Source: Candidatus Eiseniibacteriota bacterium (GTDB lineage Bacteria; Eisenbacteria; RBG-16-71-46). Taken from it: a DNA stretch of 64,000 nucleotides. Positions within the stretch are counted from its first letter, which is position 1, and every line of letters starts with the position of its first letter. Shown one piece after another: positions 31,613-43,923 of the stretch. The DNA is taken from positions 192,001 to 256,000 of the forward strand of contig CAVUWA010000010.1 in assembly GCA_963744995.1 (NCBI GenBank), read 5' to 3'. Both the position numbers and the translations under genes were made by a program. A model generated the notes under the pieces. The model had not been told where the DNA came from, did not search any database, and saw only the letters and a program-made list of their open reading frames with translations.

Positions 31613-32767
31613 CTAGACCGCGGCGCCTTCCCTGAGCAGCGAGCGCGCGATCACCAGACGCTGGATCTCCGAGGTGCCTTCGTAGATCTCCATGACGCGC
31701 GCGTCGCGGTAGTAGCGTTCGACGGGATAATCCTTCACGTAGCCGTAGCCGCCGTGCACCTGGATCGCCTGATGCGTGACGAACGTCGCCGCCTCGCTCG
31801 CATACAGCTTGGCCATGGACGCGGCGCGCGAGTACGGCTGATCGGTGTCCTTGAGCCATGCCGCCTTGCGGATCAGCAGCTCGCTGGCCTGGATGCGACG
31901 CTCCATCTCGGACAGCTTGAACTGCACCGCCTGGATCTTCGAGATCGGGCCGCCGAACGCGCGGCGCTCCTGCGCGTAGCGTACCGCTTCGCCGAACGCC
32001 GCTTTCATGACGCCGAGCGCCTGCGCCGCGACGCCGATGCGGCCGGTGTCGAGCATGCTCATCGCGATCTTGAAGCCCTCGCCCTCCGCGCCGAGCCGCT
32101 GCTCGGCGGGCACCCGCAGGTCCTCGAGCGACAGCGCCACCGTGTCCGAGCCGCGCAGGCCCATCTTGTCCTCGGGCTTGCCGAGCACCAGTCCCTTGGC
32201 GCCGCGCTCGACGATGAAGCATGAGAGCCCCTTGTTGCCGGAGTCCTTCGCGCCGGTGCGAGCGAAGACGAGGATCACGCCGGCGCGCACGCCGTTGGTG
32301 ACCCAGTTCTTGCTGCCGTTCAGGACGTAGTGATCGCCGTCGCGGACCGCGGTCGACTCGAGCGCGCCCGCGTCGGAGCCCGCGCCGGGCTCGGACAGCG
32401 AAAACGCCGCCAGCTCCTTCGACACCAGCCGCGGCATGAAGCGCTTGCGCTGCGCGTCGCTGCCGAATCTCCAGACCGGGAACGCGCCGACCGAGTTGTG
32501 CACGGCGATCATGATCGCGAGCGCTGCCGACACCCTGGCGATCTCTTCGAGCACGATCACGATGGTGCGGGAGTCGTAGCCGAGCCCGCCCGCCTCCTCG
32601 GGAATCACCATGCCGAGGAAGCCGATCTCGGCGAGTTGCGCCAGCGCCGCGTCGTCCACCTTGCCGTCGCGATCCCATTGCGCCGCGCGCGGGGCGAATT
32701 CCCGTTCACACAGATCACGGACCGTGTCGCGGATCTGGTTCTGGTCTTCGGTGAGGTCGAGATTCAT
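31613..32767 (-). CDS. Acyl-CoA dehydrogenase (short/branched-chain type)
   Basis: [55 protein letters not shown]. Confidence 0.93.
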   Translation of the reverse strand: MNLDLTEDQNQIRDTVRDLCEREFAPRAAQWDRDGKVDDAALAQLAEIGFLGMVIPEEAGGLGYDSRTIVIVLEEIARVSAALAIMIAVHNSVGAFPVWRFGSDAQRKRFMPRLVSKELAAFSLSEPGAGSDAGALESTAVRDGDHYVLNGSKNWVTNGVRAGVILVFARTGAKDSGNKGLSCFIVERGAKGLVLGKPEDKMGLRGSDTVALSLEDLRVPAEQRLGAEGEGFKIAMSMLDTGRIGVAAQALGVMKAAFGEAVRYAQERRAFGGPISKIQAVQFKLSEMERRIQASELLIRKAAWLKDTDQPYSRAASMAKLYASEAATFVTHQAIQVHGGYGYVKDYPVERYYRDARVMEIYEGTSEIQRLVIARSLLREGAAV

Positions 32768-32801
32768 GAATCGTCCGTTCCCGGCGCGTGCCGCGCCGCC
32801 G

Positions 32802-33185
32802 TCAGGCCGGAACCTCTTCGGCGTTTTCGCGGAAGAAGATCAGGCAGATGAGCGCGAGGACCGCCATCACGGTCGCGCCGCCCGGGTAGAGCAGCGTCCC
32901 CGCTGCCGCCAGCAGCGCGAGCGGATACGCGCGCCAGTCGCCGACCCACAGCCCCAGCACGCCGCCGATCCATGCCAGACCGAGCAGCGCCTTGAGCCCG
33001 GTCACCAGCGTGAGCGGCACGCCGAACTTCTCGGCGAGGTCGAACCACACGCCGTGCTGCGCGACGAGGTTGAACCAGTCGTGGGCGACGAACGGGTACA
33101 GACCCTGATAGAGCAGCGTCACGCCTGGATACAGCATGCAGGCGGTGAGGATCACCAGGGCGATGGGGCGAACCGGGCGCGTCAT
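32802..33185 (-). CDS. Small integral membrane protein of unknown function
   Basis: GGAGG RBS, about four hydrophobic segments, within the acyl-CoA operon. Confidence 0.65.
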   Translation of the reverse strand: MTRPVRPIALVILTACMLYPGVTLLYQGLYPFVAHDWFNLVAQHGVWFDLAEKFGVPLTLVTGLKALLGLAWIGGVLGLWVGDWRAYPLALLAAAGTLLYPGGATVMAVLALICLIFFRENAEEVPA

Positions 33186-33249
33186 GCGTTCCTCCGTTGG
33201 ATGAAATCACGGCGACCCGGCCCGCCGGGCGCCGCACTCCTTCTGGTTC

Positions 33250-34443
33250 TCAAACCTTGCGGGCGATCGCGTGTTCCTTGAGCAGCTGCAACGCGATCAC
33301 CAGCTTCTGGACTTCGGTCGTGCCTTCGTAGAGCTCGCAGATCCGCGCGTCGCGCCAGTAACGCTCGACGTGGAACTCGGACAGATATCCGTAGCCGCCG
33401 TGCACCTGAATCGCCAGATCGGCCACGATCGACGCGGCCTCCGAGCTGTGCCACTTGGCGAGTGAGGCCTCCTTGGCGTGCGGGCGATCGTGATCGCGCA
33501 GCCAGGACGCCTGGTACGTCAGCAGCCGCGCGGTCTCGGTCTGCACCGCGGCGTCCGCCAGCATGGCGCGGATCGCGTCGAACTCCCCGATCTTGCGGTC
33601 GAACTGCTCGCGCTCGCCCGCGTATTTCACCGCGGCCTCCAGCGCCGCCTGCGCGATGCCCACCGCCTGCGCGGCGATGCCGATGCGGCCGCCCGCCAGC
33701 GTCGCCAGCGCCACGTTGTAGCCCTTGTTGTACTCGCCGAGCAGGTTGTCCTTGTGCACGCGCGCGTTCTCGAACGCGATCTCGCGCGTGTCGGAGGCGT
33801 GAATCCCCAGTTTGTGCTCCTTCTTGCCCTTCCTCACGCCGGGGGTCGTGGCCTCGACGATGAACGCCGAGATCCCCTTGGGTCCGAGCGCGCGCTCGGT
33901 CGCCGCGTACACGATCAGGATGTCGGCCGGCCCCGCGTTGGTGACGAACAGCTTGGTGCCGTTCAACACGTAATGGTCGCCGTCGAGGACCGCCGTCGTC
34001 TCCTGATTGGCCGCGTTGCTGCCGGCGTTGGGCTCCGTGAGGCAGTAGGCGCCGATGTACTCGGCGGTCGCGAGCTTCGTCAGGTACTTCTGCTTCTGCG
34101 CCTCGTTGCCGTACGTCATCATCGGGAAGCACACCAGCGAGTTGTTCACCGAAGCGATCACGCCGTGGCTCGCGCAGGCCCGCGACAGCTCCTCGATGGC
34201 GATCACGTAGCTCACGTAGTCCATGCCCGCGCCGTTGTACTGATCCGGGACGAACATGCCCATCAACCCGAGCTCGCCCATCTTCTTCGCGTTCTCGAGC
34301 GGGAACTCATGGGTCTCGTCGATCTTCGCTGCGATCGGACGGATCTCCTGTTCGGCGAAGTCGCGCACCATCTCACGCACCGCCTGCTGCTCTTCGGAGA
34401 GTTCGAACGAGATGCCGGTGTCGCTCAACGTCGTCGTGCTCAT
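33250..34443 (-). CDS. Acyl-CoA dehydrogenase (butyryl-CoA-like)
   Basis: YCLTEPNAGSN, LNGTKLFVTN, KLGIHAS, GGRIGIAAQ, LYEGTTEVQK. Confidence 0.93.
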   Translation of the reverse strand: MSTTTLSDTGISFELSEEQQAVREMVRDFAEQEIRPIAAKIDETHEFPLENAKKMGELGLMGMFVPDQYNGAGMDYVSYVIAIEELSRACASHGVIASVNNSLVCFPMMTYGNEAQKQKYLTKLATAEYIGAYCLTEPNAGSNAANQETTAVLDGDHYVLNGTKLFVTNAGPADILIVYAATERALGPKGISAFIVEATTPGVRKGKKEHKLGIHASDTREIAFENARVHKDNLLGEYNKGYNVALATLAGGRIGIAAQAVGIAQAALEAAVKYAGEREQFDRKIGEFDAIRAMLADAAVQTETARLLTYQASWLRDHDRPHAKEASLAKWHSSEAASIVADLAIQVHGGYGYLSEFHVERYWRDARICELYEGTTEVQKLVIALQLLKEHAIARKV

Positions 34444-34793
34444 GGACGCTCCAGATCGCCGTACTGGCGGGTGTCGATGCGCTCGAACAGCAGCGTCACC
34501 GCAGGCGTCGCCGCCACCGGACGGTGGCGCACGCCGGCGGGAACGACGTGGAACTGCTGCGGTCGGATACGCACCGTGCCGCGCTCGGTCTCGAGGTCGA
34601 ATTCGCCCTCGTAGCCGAAGAACATCTCGTCCTCGCCGTGTGCGTGCCACGGAAACTCACCGTGCAGGAGCGCCATGCGGATCACGCTCTCGTTGACACG
34701 CGCCACTTCGACCGGCTTCCAGGGCTCGGTGAGCGCCGCGCGGAACCTCGCGAGCGAGCCCGGGTCGAGCGCCGCGTGCACGGTGTCCTCCAT
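34440..34793 (-). CDS. Cupin-domain protein
   Basis: EPWKPVEVARVN, GEFPWHAHGEDEMF, VVPAGVRHRP. Confidence 0.85.
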   Translation of the reverse strand: MEDTVHAALDPGSLARFRAALTEPWKPVEVARVNESVIRMALLHGEFPWHAHGEDEMFFGYEGEFDLETERGTVRIRPQQFHVVPAGVRHRPVAATPAVTLLFERIDTRQYGDLERP

Positions 34794-34806
34794 CCGCGAT
34801 CCGCCC

Positions 34807-35706
34807 TCAGGCCTTCGCCGAATAGTCGTAGAAGCCCCGGCCGCTCTTGCGGCCGAGGTAGCCGGCCCGCACCATCTTGCGCAGCAGCGGGCACGGCCGG
34901 TACTTGGAATCGCCGAGGCCCTCGTGCAGCACCTCCATGATCGACAGGCAGGTGTCGAGGCCGATCAGGTCGGCCAGCGCGAGCGGGCCCATCGGGTGGT
35001 TCATGCCGAGCTTCATGACCGTGTCGATGGCCTCCGGCTTCGCCACGCCTTCCATGAGGCAGTACACGGCTTCGTTGATCATCGGCATGAGGATCCGATT
35101 GGAGACGAACCCCGGATAGTCGTTCACCTCGACCGGGGTCTTGCCGAGCCGCCGCGTGAGGTCCTCCACGACGCCGTACGTGGCGTCGCTGGTCGCCAGT
35201 CCGCGGATGATTTCGACCAGCGCCATCACCGGCACCGGATTCATGAAGTGCATGCCGATGAACCGGTCGGGCCTGGAGGTCAGGGCCGCGATCTCGGTGA
35301 TCGAAATGCTCGAGGTGTTGCTCGCGAAGATCGTCTCCGCGGGCGCGAGCTTGTCGAGCGCCTGGAAGATGTCGCGCTTGACCGCCATCGTCTCCGGAAC
35401 CGCCTCGACCACGATCTGACAGTCCTTCGCGGCCTGCGGGTCGGTTCCGCCCTGGATGTGGCCCAGGATCCCGCCGGCGCGGCCGGCCTCCCAGCCCTGC
35501 TTCTTCGCGACGCGATCGAGGTTCTTCGTGATCGTCGCCAGCGCGCGATCCACGAACTCCGTCTTCGCATCCACCAGCGCCACGTCGATGCCGGCGGTCG
35601 CGAACACCTGGGCGATGCCGTTGCCCATGGTGCCGCCGCCGATCACCGCCACCTTCGCGACCTTCGCCGCCGTGCCGGACGTCACCGGCCTGGTCTCGAC
35701 GCTCAT
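34807..35706 (-). CDS. hbd: 3-hydroxybutyryl-CoA dehydrogenase
   Basis: [44 protein letters not shown]. Confidence 0.93.
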   Translation of the reverse strand: MSVETRPVTSGTAAKVAKVAVIGGGTMGNGIAQVFATAGIDVALVDAKTEFVDRALATITKNLDRVAKKQGWEAGRAGGILGHIQGGTDPQAAKDCQIVVEAVPETMAVKRDIFQALDKLAPAETIFASNTSSISITEIAALTSRPDRFIGMHFMNPVPVMALVEIIRGLATSDATYGVVEDLTRRLGKTPVEVNDYPGFVSNRILMPMINEAVYCLMEGVAKPEAIDTVMKLGMNHPMGPLALADLIGLDTCLSIMEVLHEGLGDSKYRPCPLLRKMVRAGYLGRKSGRGFYDYSAKA

Positions 35707-36899
35707 CACACACGCTCCACGGCCAGCGCGACCGCGTTGCCGCCGCCCAGGCACAGGGTGGCGAGGCCCGTCTTCTTGTTCTGCTGCTCCAGCGCGTAGA
35801 GCAGCGTGATCAGCACGCGCGCGCCCGAGGCGCCGATCGGATGACCGAGCGCCACCGCGCCGCCGTTCACGTTGACGCGATCCCAGTCCCAGCCGAGTGC
35901 GTTGCCGTCGGCGAGCGCCTGCGCGGCGAAGGCTTCGTTCGCCTCGATCAGGTCGAAGTGGTCGATCTTGACGCCCATCTTCTTCATGAGCTTCTGGACC
36001 GCGTCGATCGGGGCGAAGAACAGCTCCTTCGGCTCGCCGCCGCCCGTGGCGTAGGCCACCACGCGCGCGATCGGCTTCGCGCCCTTCTGCTTCACGCGCT
36101 CGCCGCTCATCAGGATCAGCGCCGCGCCGGCGTCGTTCAGGCCCGGTGCGTTGCCGGCGGTGATCATGCCGCCCTTGTCGCGAGTTACCGCGCCCAGTTT
36201 CGCCAGCCCCTCCAGCGTGGTGTCGCCGCGCACCGCCTCGTCCTTGCTGATGACCAGGGGATCGCCCTTCCGCTGCGGGATCGTGACCGGGACGATCTCC
36301 TTCGAGAAGCGGCAATCGGCGATCGCCGCCGCGGCCTTCTGCTGGCTCTTGAGCGAGAATTCATCGAGCTGCTGGCGGGTGAGCTTCGCCTTCTCGGCGG
36401 TGTACTGCGCCAGCTCGATCATGTGGCAGCCGTTGAACGAGCACCACAGGCCGTCGTACACCACGCCGTCCTTGAGCGTCGTGTCGCCGAGCTTCTGTCC
36501 GGTGCGGCCCGAGAACAGGTAGTGCGGGGCGGTGCTCATGCTCTCCTGGCCGCCGGCGACGATCGTCTCGGCGTCGCCGGCCTTGATCGCCTGCGCGCCC
36601 AACATCACCGCCTTGAGCCCGGAGCCGCACACCTTGTTGATCGTGACGGCGCCGACCCGGGGGTCGATACCCGCCTTGATCTGCGCCTGGCGCGCCGGGG
36701 CCTGGCCCTGTCCGCCCTGCACCACGTGCCCCATGATCACTTCGTCGATTTCGTCGCCCGCGACACTCGCGCGGCTCATCGCTTCCTTGATCGCGATCGC
36801 GCCGAGTTCGGAGCCCTTCAGGGTGCCGAGACCACCGAGGAACTTGCCGATGGGGGTCCGGGCGGCGCCCACGATGAAAACGTCGGGATAGGTCGCCAT
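35706..36899 (-). CDS. atoB: Acetyl-CoA C-acetyltransferase (thiolase)
   Basis: [33 protein letters not shown]. Confidence 0.93.
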   Translation of the reverse strand: MATYPDVFIVGAARTPIGKFLGGLGTLKGSELGAIAIKEAMSRASVAGDEIDEVIMGHVVQGGQGQAPARQAQIKAGIDPRVGAVTINKVCGSGLKAVMLGAQAIKAGDAETIVAGGQESMSTAPHYLFSGRTGQKLGDTTLKDGVVYDGLWCSFNGCHMIELAQYTAEKAKLTRQQLDEFSLKSQQKAAAAIADCRFSKEIVPVTIPQRKGDPLVISKDEAVRGDTTLEGLAKLGAVTRDKGGMITAGNAPGLNDAGAALILMSGERVKQKGAKPIARVVAYATGGGEPKELFFAPIDAVQKLMKKMGVKIDHFDLIEANEAFAAQALADGNALGWDWDRVNVNGGAVALGHPIGASGARVLITLLYALEQQNKKTGLATLCLGGGNAVALAVERV

Positions 36900-37144
36900 G
36901 TGAAGCCTCGATTCGGAACCGGAAAGGCGGTCCCCGCACGGGGTTGCCGCCACAGTCGTCATGGAGGAGAACCGTCGGATAGTACACGAATCCGATTCTC
37001 CGGACACCCCGCCGGACGCCGGTTTCCCATGGTCCAAACGGAGGATGCGGGATCCGCGCGTGGATCAGGGCAACGGGGCGCCGGCGCCGGCGCCGCGCCG
37101 GCGGGAAGCCGGAATCACCGACGCCCGCGGGGGCCGCCCGGCGC

Positions 37145-38386
37145 TCAGCGCTCGCGCGCGGCGGGGCGCAGGATCGCGATGCTCGCGGCCTGACCGTGGA
37201 CGAAATGGCGGTCGCCGATCGGGCCGATCTCGCCCGCGCAGAACATGCCGGCGACCGGCACCGGTCCGGTCGTCGCGCCGGCACCGCCGAGCGCGGCCTG
37301 CAGCGCGGCGACGTCGGCGTCGGGCTTCTCGAACAGCCCGCGGCCGCGGCCATTGCACGAGAACAGGAACGCGGCCGCAGCCGCCGAATCGAATTCCTGC
37401 GGCGCGAGCAGCATCTCGAGATCCTCGGTCGCCGAACCGGCGTCGCGCACGTGCAGGCGAACGCGTTCCCGCGGCACGAGGAAGTCGCCGACCACGATCG
37501 CTCCCTGATCCCGGTCGGCCCCCATGAGGTTGCGGATCAGGTAGTCACCGCGGCCCTCGGCGTCCTCGCGGGTCGGGCGGCCGACGTAGAGACCGTGTTC
37601 GAGACGCTGGCGCTCCGCCTCGGGCAGCTCGCTCAGCACCTGCTCGACGCGCTCGAGCGCCGGCTGGCCGTCGAGTTCGCTGACGACGTTGCCCTTGACC
37701 GCGGTGACGGTGAGCGGCGGACCGACCGCGCGACAGCCCTGCGACACGATGACGTCGGCGCGCAGCGCCCCCTTGAGCGCCACCGCCACGCCGCCGGCGC
37801 TGTCCAGCCAGTCGTTGAGGAACAGCGCGTTGCCGCCCGGGCGCTGCGAGGCGCTCGCCATGCCGCCGACGATTCGTACCCCCGGCGCGTGGCGGCGGAA
37901 GCACTCGAGCACGCTCACGATGTCGAGCGTGAACGGATCCGCGATCAGCACGACCAGCTCGGCGCCATGCGCGCCGGGCGTGAGCCGCGAGAACGTGAGC
38001 TCGTCGTCGAGCGCCCCCTCCCACGACTCCTGATGCAGCACGAACGGATGCGCCCAAACGCCGGGCAGCCGCGCGGCGACCGCGGTCAGCGCGACGCCGC
38101 GCTCGAGCTCGTGCTCGCTGTCGATCACCCCCGCAGCGCTGCCGCCGATCAGGCACGCCGGGGTGAGGCGCCGGCGCAGGGTGTCGGCGATCACTCCCGC
38201 CTGCGGCACGTGGGACGCGCCGACGAACACGGCGACGAGATCCACCGGGCCCTCGCCGAGCGCGGCCGAGATCCGCTCCGCCAGCTCGCCGGCCGCGGTC
38301 TCGGCGACCGGGTGGGTGCTGGACGCGGACACCCAGCGCATCGCGGGCTTCGATTCGGGGGACGGGGTCATCGGGGCATCCGGCAT
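37145..38386 (-). CDS. Stand-alone FIST N/C-domain protein
   Basis: IGGSAAGVI, IVGGMAS, VSQGCRAVG, ELDGQPA, FSCNGRG, GMFCAGEIGP. Confidence 0.88.
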   Translation of the reverse strand: MPDAPMTPSPESKPAMRWVSASSTHPVAETAAGELAERISAALGEGPVDLVAVFVGASHVPQAGVIADTLRRRLTPACLIGGSAAGVIDSEHELERGVALTAVAARLPGVWAHPFVLHQESWEGALDDELTFSRLTPGAHGAELVVLIADPFTLDIVSVLECFRRHAPGVRIVGGMASASQRPGGNALFLNDWLDSAGGVAVALKGALRADVIVSQGCRAVGPPLTVTAVKGNVVSELDGQPALERVEQVLSELPEAERQRLEHGLYVGRPTREDAEGRGDYLIRNLMGADRDQGAIVVGDFLVPRERVRLHVRDAGSATEDLEMLLAPQEFDSAAAAAFLFSCNGRGRGLFEKPDADVAALQAALGGAGATTGPVPVAGMFCAGEIGPIGDRHFVHGQAASIAILRPAARER

Positions 38387-38396
38387 CGTGCCGAGT

Positions 38397-39539
38397 TCAA
38401 TCGCCGCGCAGGATCTCGCGGGCGATCACCATCCGCTGGATCTCGCTCGTGCCCTCGCCGATCTCCATGAGCTTGGCGTCGCGGTGCATGCGTTCCACCG
38501 GGACGTCGCGACAGTAGCCCATGCCGCCGTGGATCTGGATGGCCTTGTCGGTCACCCAGTTGGCGATCTCGCTGGCATAGAGCTTCGCCATCGAGGCCTC
38601 CTTCACGAAATCGCGGCCGGCGTCCTTGAGCATGGCGGCGTGGTAGACGGCGAGGCGCGCGGTCTCGATCTTGGTCGCCATGTCGGCGAGCATGAACTGC
38701 ACCGCCTGGAATTTCGAGATCGTCTGGCCGAACTGCTTGCGTTCCTTCGAGTACCGGACGGAGTGCTCGAACGCGCCCTGGGCGAGGCCGAGCGCCAGCG
38801 CGCCGATCGAGATGCGCCCGCCGGTGAGCGTCCGCATGAACGCCTTGAACCCGCCCGACGGGTCGCCGATCAGATTCTCCTGCGGCACGAAACAGTTCTC
38901 GAACACGACCTCGACGGTGTCGGAGCCGCGCAGTCCCATCTTCTTCTCGCGCTTGCCCACACTGAAACCGTCGGTCGCGGTGTCCATGATGAACGCCGAG
39001 ATGCCCTTCGTTCCGCGGCTGGCGTCGGTGCGCGCGGTGAACGTGATGAACTTCGCCACGCTGCCGTTGGTGATGTAGATCTTCGAGCCGTTGACGCGCC
39101 AGCCGCCGTCGACCTTCTCGGCGCGCGTCTTCGTTCCCGCCGCGTCCGAGCCCGCCTCCGACTCGGTCAGCCCGAACGCGCCGAGCACCTCGCCCCTGGC
39201 CATCGGCACGAGGTACTTCATCTTCTGCTCCTCGGTGCCCGCGCCGTACACCGGGCCGCAGCCGAGCGAGACGTGCGCCGCCAGGGTGATCGCCGTGGAC
39301 CCGCAGGCGCGTGCGATCTCCTCGACCGCGATCGCATAGGCCAGCGTGTCCATGCCGGCACCGCCGTATTCCTCCGGATAGGGCAGGCCCATGAACCCCA
39401 GCTCGCCCATCTGTTTCACGATGTCGGCCGGGAATTCTTCGTTCTCGTCGAGATCGCGGGCACGCGGCGCCACGACCTCGTCGGCGAACTTGCGGGCCAT
39501 TTCGCGAACCTGGTGGTGTTCTTCTCGGAGAATCAGCAT
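38397..39539 (-). CDS. Acyl-CoA dehydrogenase
   Basis: [47 protein letters not shown]. Confidence 0.92.
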   Translation of the reverse strand: MLILREEHHQVREMARKFADEVVAPRARDLDENEEFPADIVKQMGELGFMGLPYPEEYGGAGMDTLAYAIAVEEIARACGSTAITLAAHVSLGCGPVYGAGTEEQKMKYLVPMARGEVLGAFGLTESEAGSDAAGTKTRAEKVDGGWRVNGSKIYITNGSVAKFITFTARTDASRGTKGISAFIMDTATDGFSVGKREKKMGLRGSDTVEVVFENCFVPQENLIGDPSGGFKAFMRTLTGGRISIGALALGLAQGAFEHSVRYSKERKQFGQTISKFQAVQFMLADMATKIETARLAVYHAAMLKDAGRDFVKEASMAKLYASEIANWVTDKAIQIHGGMGYCRDVPVERMHRDAKLMEIGEGTSEIQRMVIAREILRGD

Positions 39540-39625
39540 GCAGGGGGGCTCCGTGGGGTGACACATCGGGGAGCGATGTGGTGATCGGGCTCGAGTGCTC
39601 CCGCGCCCGGCTGCGACGGATGACT

Positions 39626-40300
39626 CTAGCACAGCCCCGCAGGCTCCTGCCGGGCGCGCCGAACTGCGGCGTGGCGCGGTTTCAGTGCGGTGCGGGCGGG
39701 TCCTCGAGCCGCCGGACTGGTGGCGAGCCGGGCACCGATCTCCCGCGCGCGCGCGAGCAGCTCCGGCGCCCGCGCGACGCTGCCGGCGACGTTGTCGTCG
39801 TGCGCCCACGCGAGCGTCTCCTCCCAGCGCGCCCCGACCCACTTGAGGAACCCGCGTACGGAGCGCTCCGCCATCTCGCGCGGGTGCGCGGCGCTGTGCG
39901 CGGTGACGAACACGCCCCGCCGCGTCCGCGCCCACTTCGGCACGAAACGCTCGCCTTCGGGCGTCGTCACCAGGGGGGTCACGCAGTTGCAGCGGTCGAA
40001 GACGTTCTTCATCGGCCCGCTCACGGTGTCGAAGTACACCGGTGAGCCGACGACCACCGCATGCGCGCCTTCGAGGGCCTCGTACACGGCATCCATGTCG
40101 TCGTGGAAGATGCAGTAGCCGCGCGTGGCGTCCGGTCCACAGGCCACGCAGGGCTGGACGTGGAGTTCCACGCACACGATCGTCCGGGTGATCGCGCCCG
40201 CAGCTTCGGCGCCCGCGGCGAGCTCGCGCAGCATGCGCGTGACGCTGCTGTCCGCACGCGGGCTGCCGTCGAGCAGCACGATGCGCGGCGCGTCATTCAT
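39626..40300 (-). CDS. Iron-sulfur flavoprotein / multimeric flavodoxin (FMN_red) family protein
   Basis: [42 protein letters not shown]; the true stop may be near 39682 if a +1 error near 39710 is corrected. Confidence 0.82.
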   Translation of the reverse strand: MNDAPRIVLLDGSPRADSSVTRMLRELAAGAEAAGAITRTIVCVELHVQPCVACGPDATRGYCIFHDDMDAVYEALEGAHAVVVGSPVYFDTVSGPMKNVFDRCNCVTPLVTTPEGERFVPKWARTRRGVFVTAHSAAHPREMAERSVRGFLKWVGARWEETLAWAHDDNVAGSVARAPELLARAREIGARLATSPAARGPARTALKPRHAAVRRARQEPAGLC

Positions 40301-41097
40301 GGCCGCACGCCCCAGATCAGCGTCGTCGCGCCGAGCCGGTTCACGAACGGCATCGCCTCGGCGGCCGCCTCCAGCGCCCGGCCCGCCGGAAGCAGCGCGT
40401 CGGGCGTAGTCTTCATCACCCACAGGAAGCGCCGCGCCCCTTCCACGCGGAGCCCGGCGGCTTCCGCCCCGGCGCGCAGTTCGGCCAGCGGCAGCGGGTG
40501 GTGATAGCGGTACGGGTGGTACGCCTCGCGATCGTCGGCCGCCTCCGGAAAGCAGGACGAAGGCAGGCTCCTGCGCAGCAGCGGCCAGCGCACCGCGGCG
40601 CGCTTCACCGCTTCGATCGGCGACGCCGCGTTGGGCGTCGAGATCGCAAAGCGCGCTCCGGGCTTCAGGACGCGCGCGATCTCTGCGAGCACCGTGGTCC
40701 GGTCGGGCCGGAAGACGTGCTCCATCATCTCGACCGACACGGCACGATCGAAGGTCGCATCCGCAAACGGCAGCGCCTTCGCGTTCGCGAGCGCGAGCCC
40801 CAGCGCGCGCTGCGGATCGAGCGCACGCCGCGCCCAGCGCAGCTGATCCATGCCGAGATCGATCCCGACCGCGCGGCACCCGGCCGCATGCGCCCAGCAG
40901 GTGCCGTAGGCCCAGCCGCAGCCGAGGTCCAGCACCGCGAGGCCGGGCTCGAGCCGCGCGTGCTCGAGCACCTCGCGGAACCGCCGCACCATCATGTAGC
41001 GCCGCGCCGGCGAGCCGAGGTACCAGTGCTCGACGAGGAACGGCAGCCCGTCCTCGCGCTCGACGCGGAGATCGGGCTCCACCAGCGACGGCGCCAT
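40297..41097 (-). CDS. Class I SAM-dependent methyltransferase
   Basis: VLDLGCGW, LPFADATFD, MEHV, EIARVLKPG, ISTPN. Confidence 0.88.
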   Translation of the reverse strand: MAPSLVEPDLRVEREDGLPFLVEHWYLGSPARRYMMVRRFREVLEHARLEPGLAVLDLGCGWAYGTCWAHAAGCRAVGIDLGMDQLRWARRALDPQRALGLALANAKALPFADATFDRAVSVEMMEHVFRPDRTTVLAEIARVLKPGARFAISTPNAASPIEAVKRAAVRWPLLRRSLPSSCFPEAADDREAYHPYRYHHPLPLAELRAGAEAAGLRVEGARRFLWVMKTTPDALLPAGRALEAAAEAMPFVNRLGATTLIWGVRP

Positions 41098-41117
41098 GCG
41101 TGGAGCCTGCCCGGCGC

Positions 41118-41729
41118 TCAGCGGTGCCCGCGGGCGGAACGCTTCGCCGGCTTCTTCGCGGCGGATTTCTTCGCGCGCTTCTGCCGCGCCGGCTTCCCGG
41201 CTGCGGCGTTCTGCTTCGCCGCCTTCCGCGCGGGTTTGCGCGCGGGCGCCTTCGCGGGCTTCGCCGCCGCCTGCGTCGCGGGCGCCGGTTTCTTCCGCGC
41301 CGCGGCGGCGTGCGCCCCGGCGGCGCTTCCACCCTGCGTGTCGAACCACTCGTGGATGTAGGCGGCGATGTCCTGGGTCGACGACCCGGGGCCGAACAGG
41401 CGACCGACGCCCATCCCGTGCAGCGTCTGCATGTCTTCCGACGGGATGATGCCGCCACCGGTGAGCAGGCGGTCGCCGATGCCGTGCTGCGCCATCAGCG
41501 CCTGCACTTCGGGGAACAGCGTCATGTGCGCGCCCGAGAGGATCGACAGCGCGACGACGTCCACGTCCTCCTGCACTGCTGCTTCGACCACCTGCTCGGG
41601 AGTCTGGTGCAGACCGGTGTAGATCACTTCCATGCCCGCGTCGCGCAGCGCCGCCGCGACGACCTTCGCGCCGCGATCGTGACCGTCGAGTCCGGGCTTG
41701 CCCACCAGTACGCGAATCTTTCGCTGCAT
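41118..41729 (-). CDS. icmB: Cobalamin-binding small subunit of acyl-CoA mutase, with histone-like C-terminal tail
   Basis: [14 protein letters not shown] (DxHxxG), [22 protein letters not shown]. Confidence 0.9.
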   Translation of the reverse strand: MQRKIRVLVGKPGLDGHDRGAKVVAAALRDAGMEVIYTGLHQTPEQVVEAAVQEDVDVVALSILSGAHMTLFPEVQALMAQHGIGDRLLTGGGIIPSEDMQTLHGMGVGRLFGPGSSTQDIAAYIHEWFDTQGGSAAGAHAAAARKKPAPATQAAAKPAKAPARKPARKAAKQNAAAGKPARQKRAKKSAAKKPAKRSARGHR

Positions 41730-41805
41730 CTTGTCTCCTGCGACCGGCGCGGGCGCCGGCACGCGGTTCGGGCCGCTCTCCGCCAGCGGAACGCGCTCGG
41801 CCCGG

Positions 41806-43644
<1,839 letters not shown>

Positions 43645-43775
43645 GGGTTCCTCCTTGGGCGGCGCCTCGAGAAGAGTCGCCAGCCTGCGGGGCGTGGGTG
43701 CGCGGCATCACGGGGTGCGCGCACGGTCCGTGCGCGCGCCGGGCGTCGCAAAGCCCGGAAACACAGTGACGTGTG

Positions 43776-43805
43776 AGGTTAAGGCGGGGGGAAGAAGGCG
43801 GTCAA
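43776..43805 (-). promoter_or_regulatory. Sigma70-type promoter of the icmA operon
   Basis: TTGACC-18 nt-TAACCT, about 130 nt upstream of the icmA ATG. Confidence 0.55.
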
Positions 43806-43923
43806 GGCGCGGGGCGAGACCGCGGAGCGCCGCCCAGCGCGCGATCCTCCCCGGCCGCGTGAAGATCCTCGCCGCAGACTGCACCCCGAAGGCGGTCGCC
43901 TGCGTCGCCCGGCGACGTTCGGG

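Noticed and set aside
34807..36315. 502-aa Hbd with a long N-terminal extension
   Set aside because: The extension is an alternate frame of the thiolase; the real start is ATG 35706.
43645..43775. Cobalamin riboswitch upstream of icmA
   Set aside because: The conserved B12-box elements were not found by eye; kept only as an unexplained structured leader.
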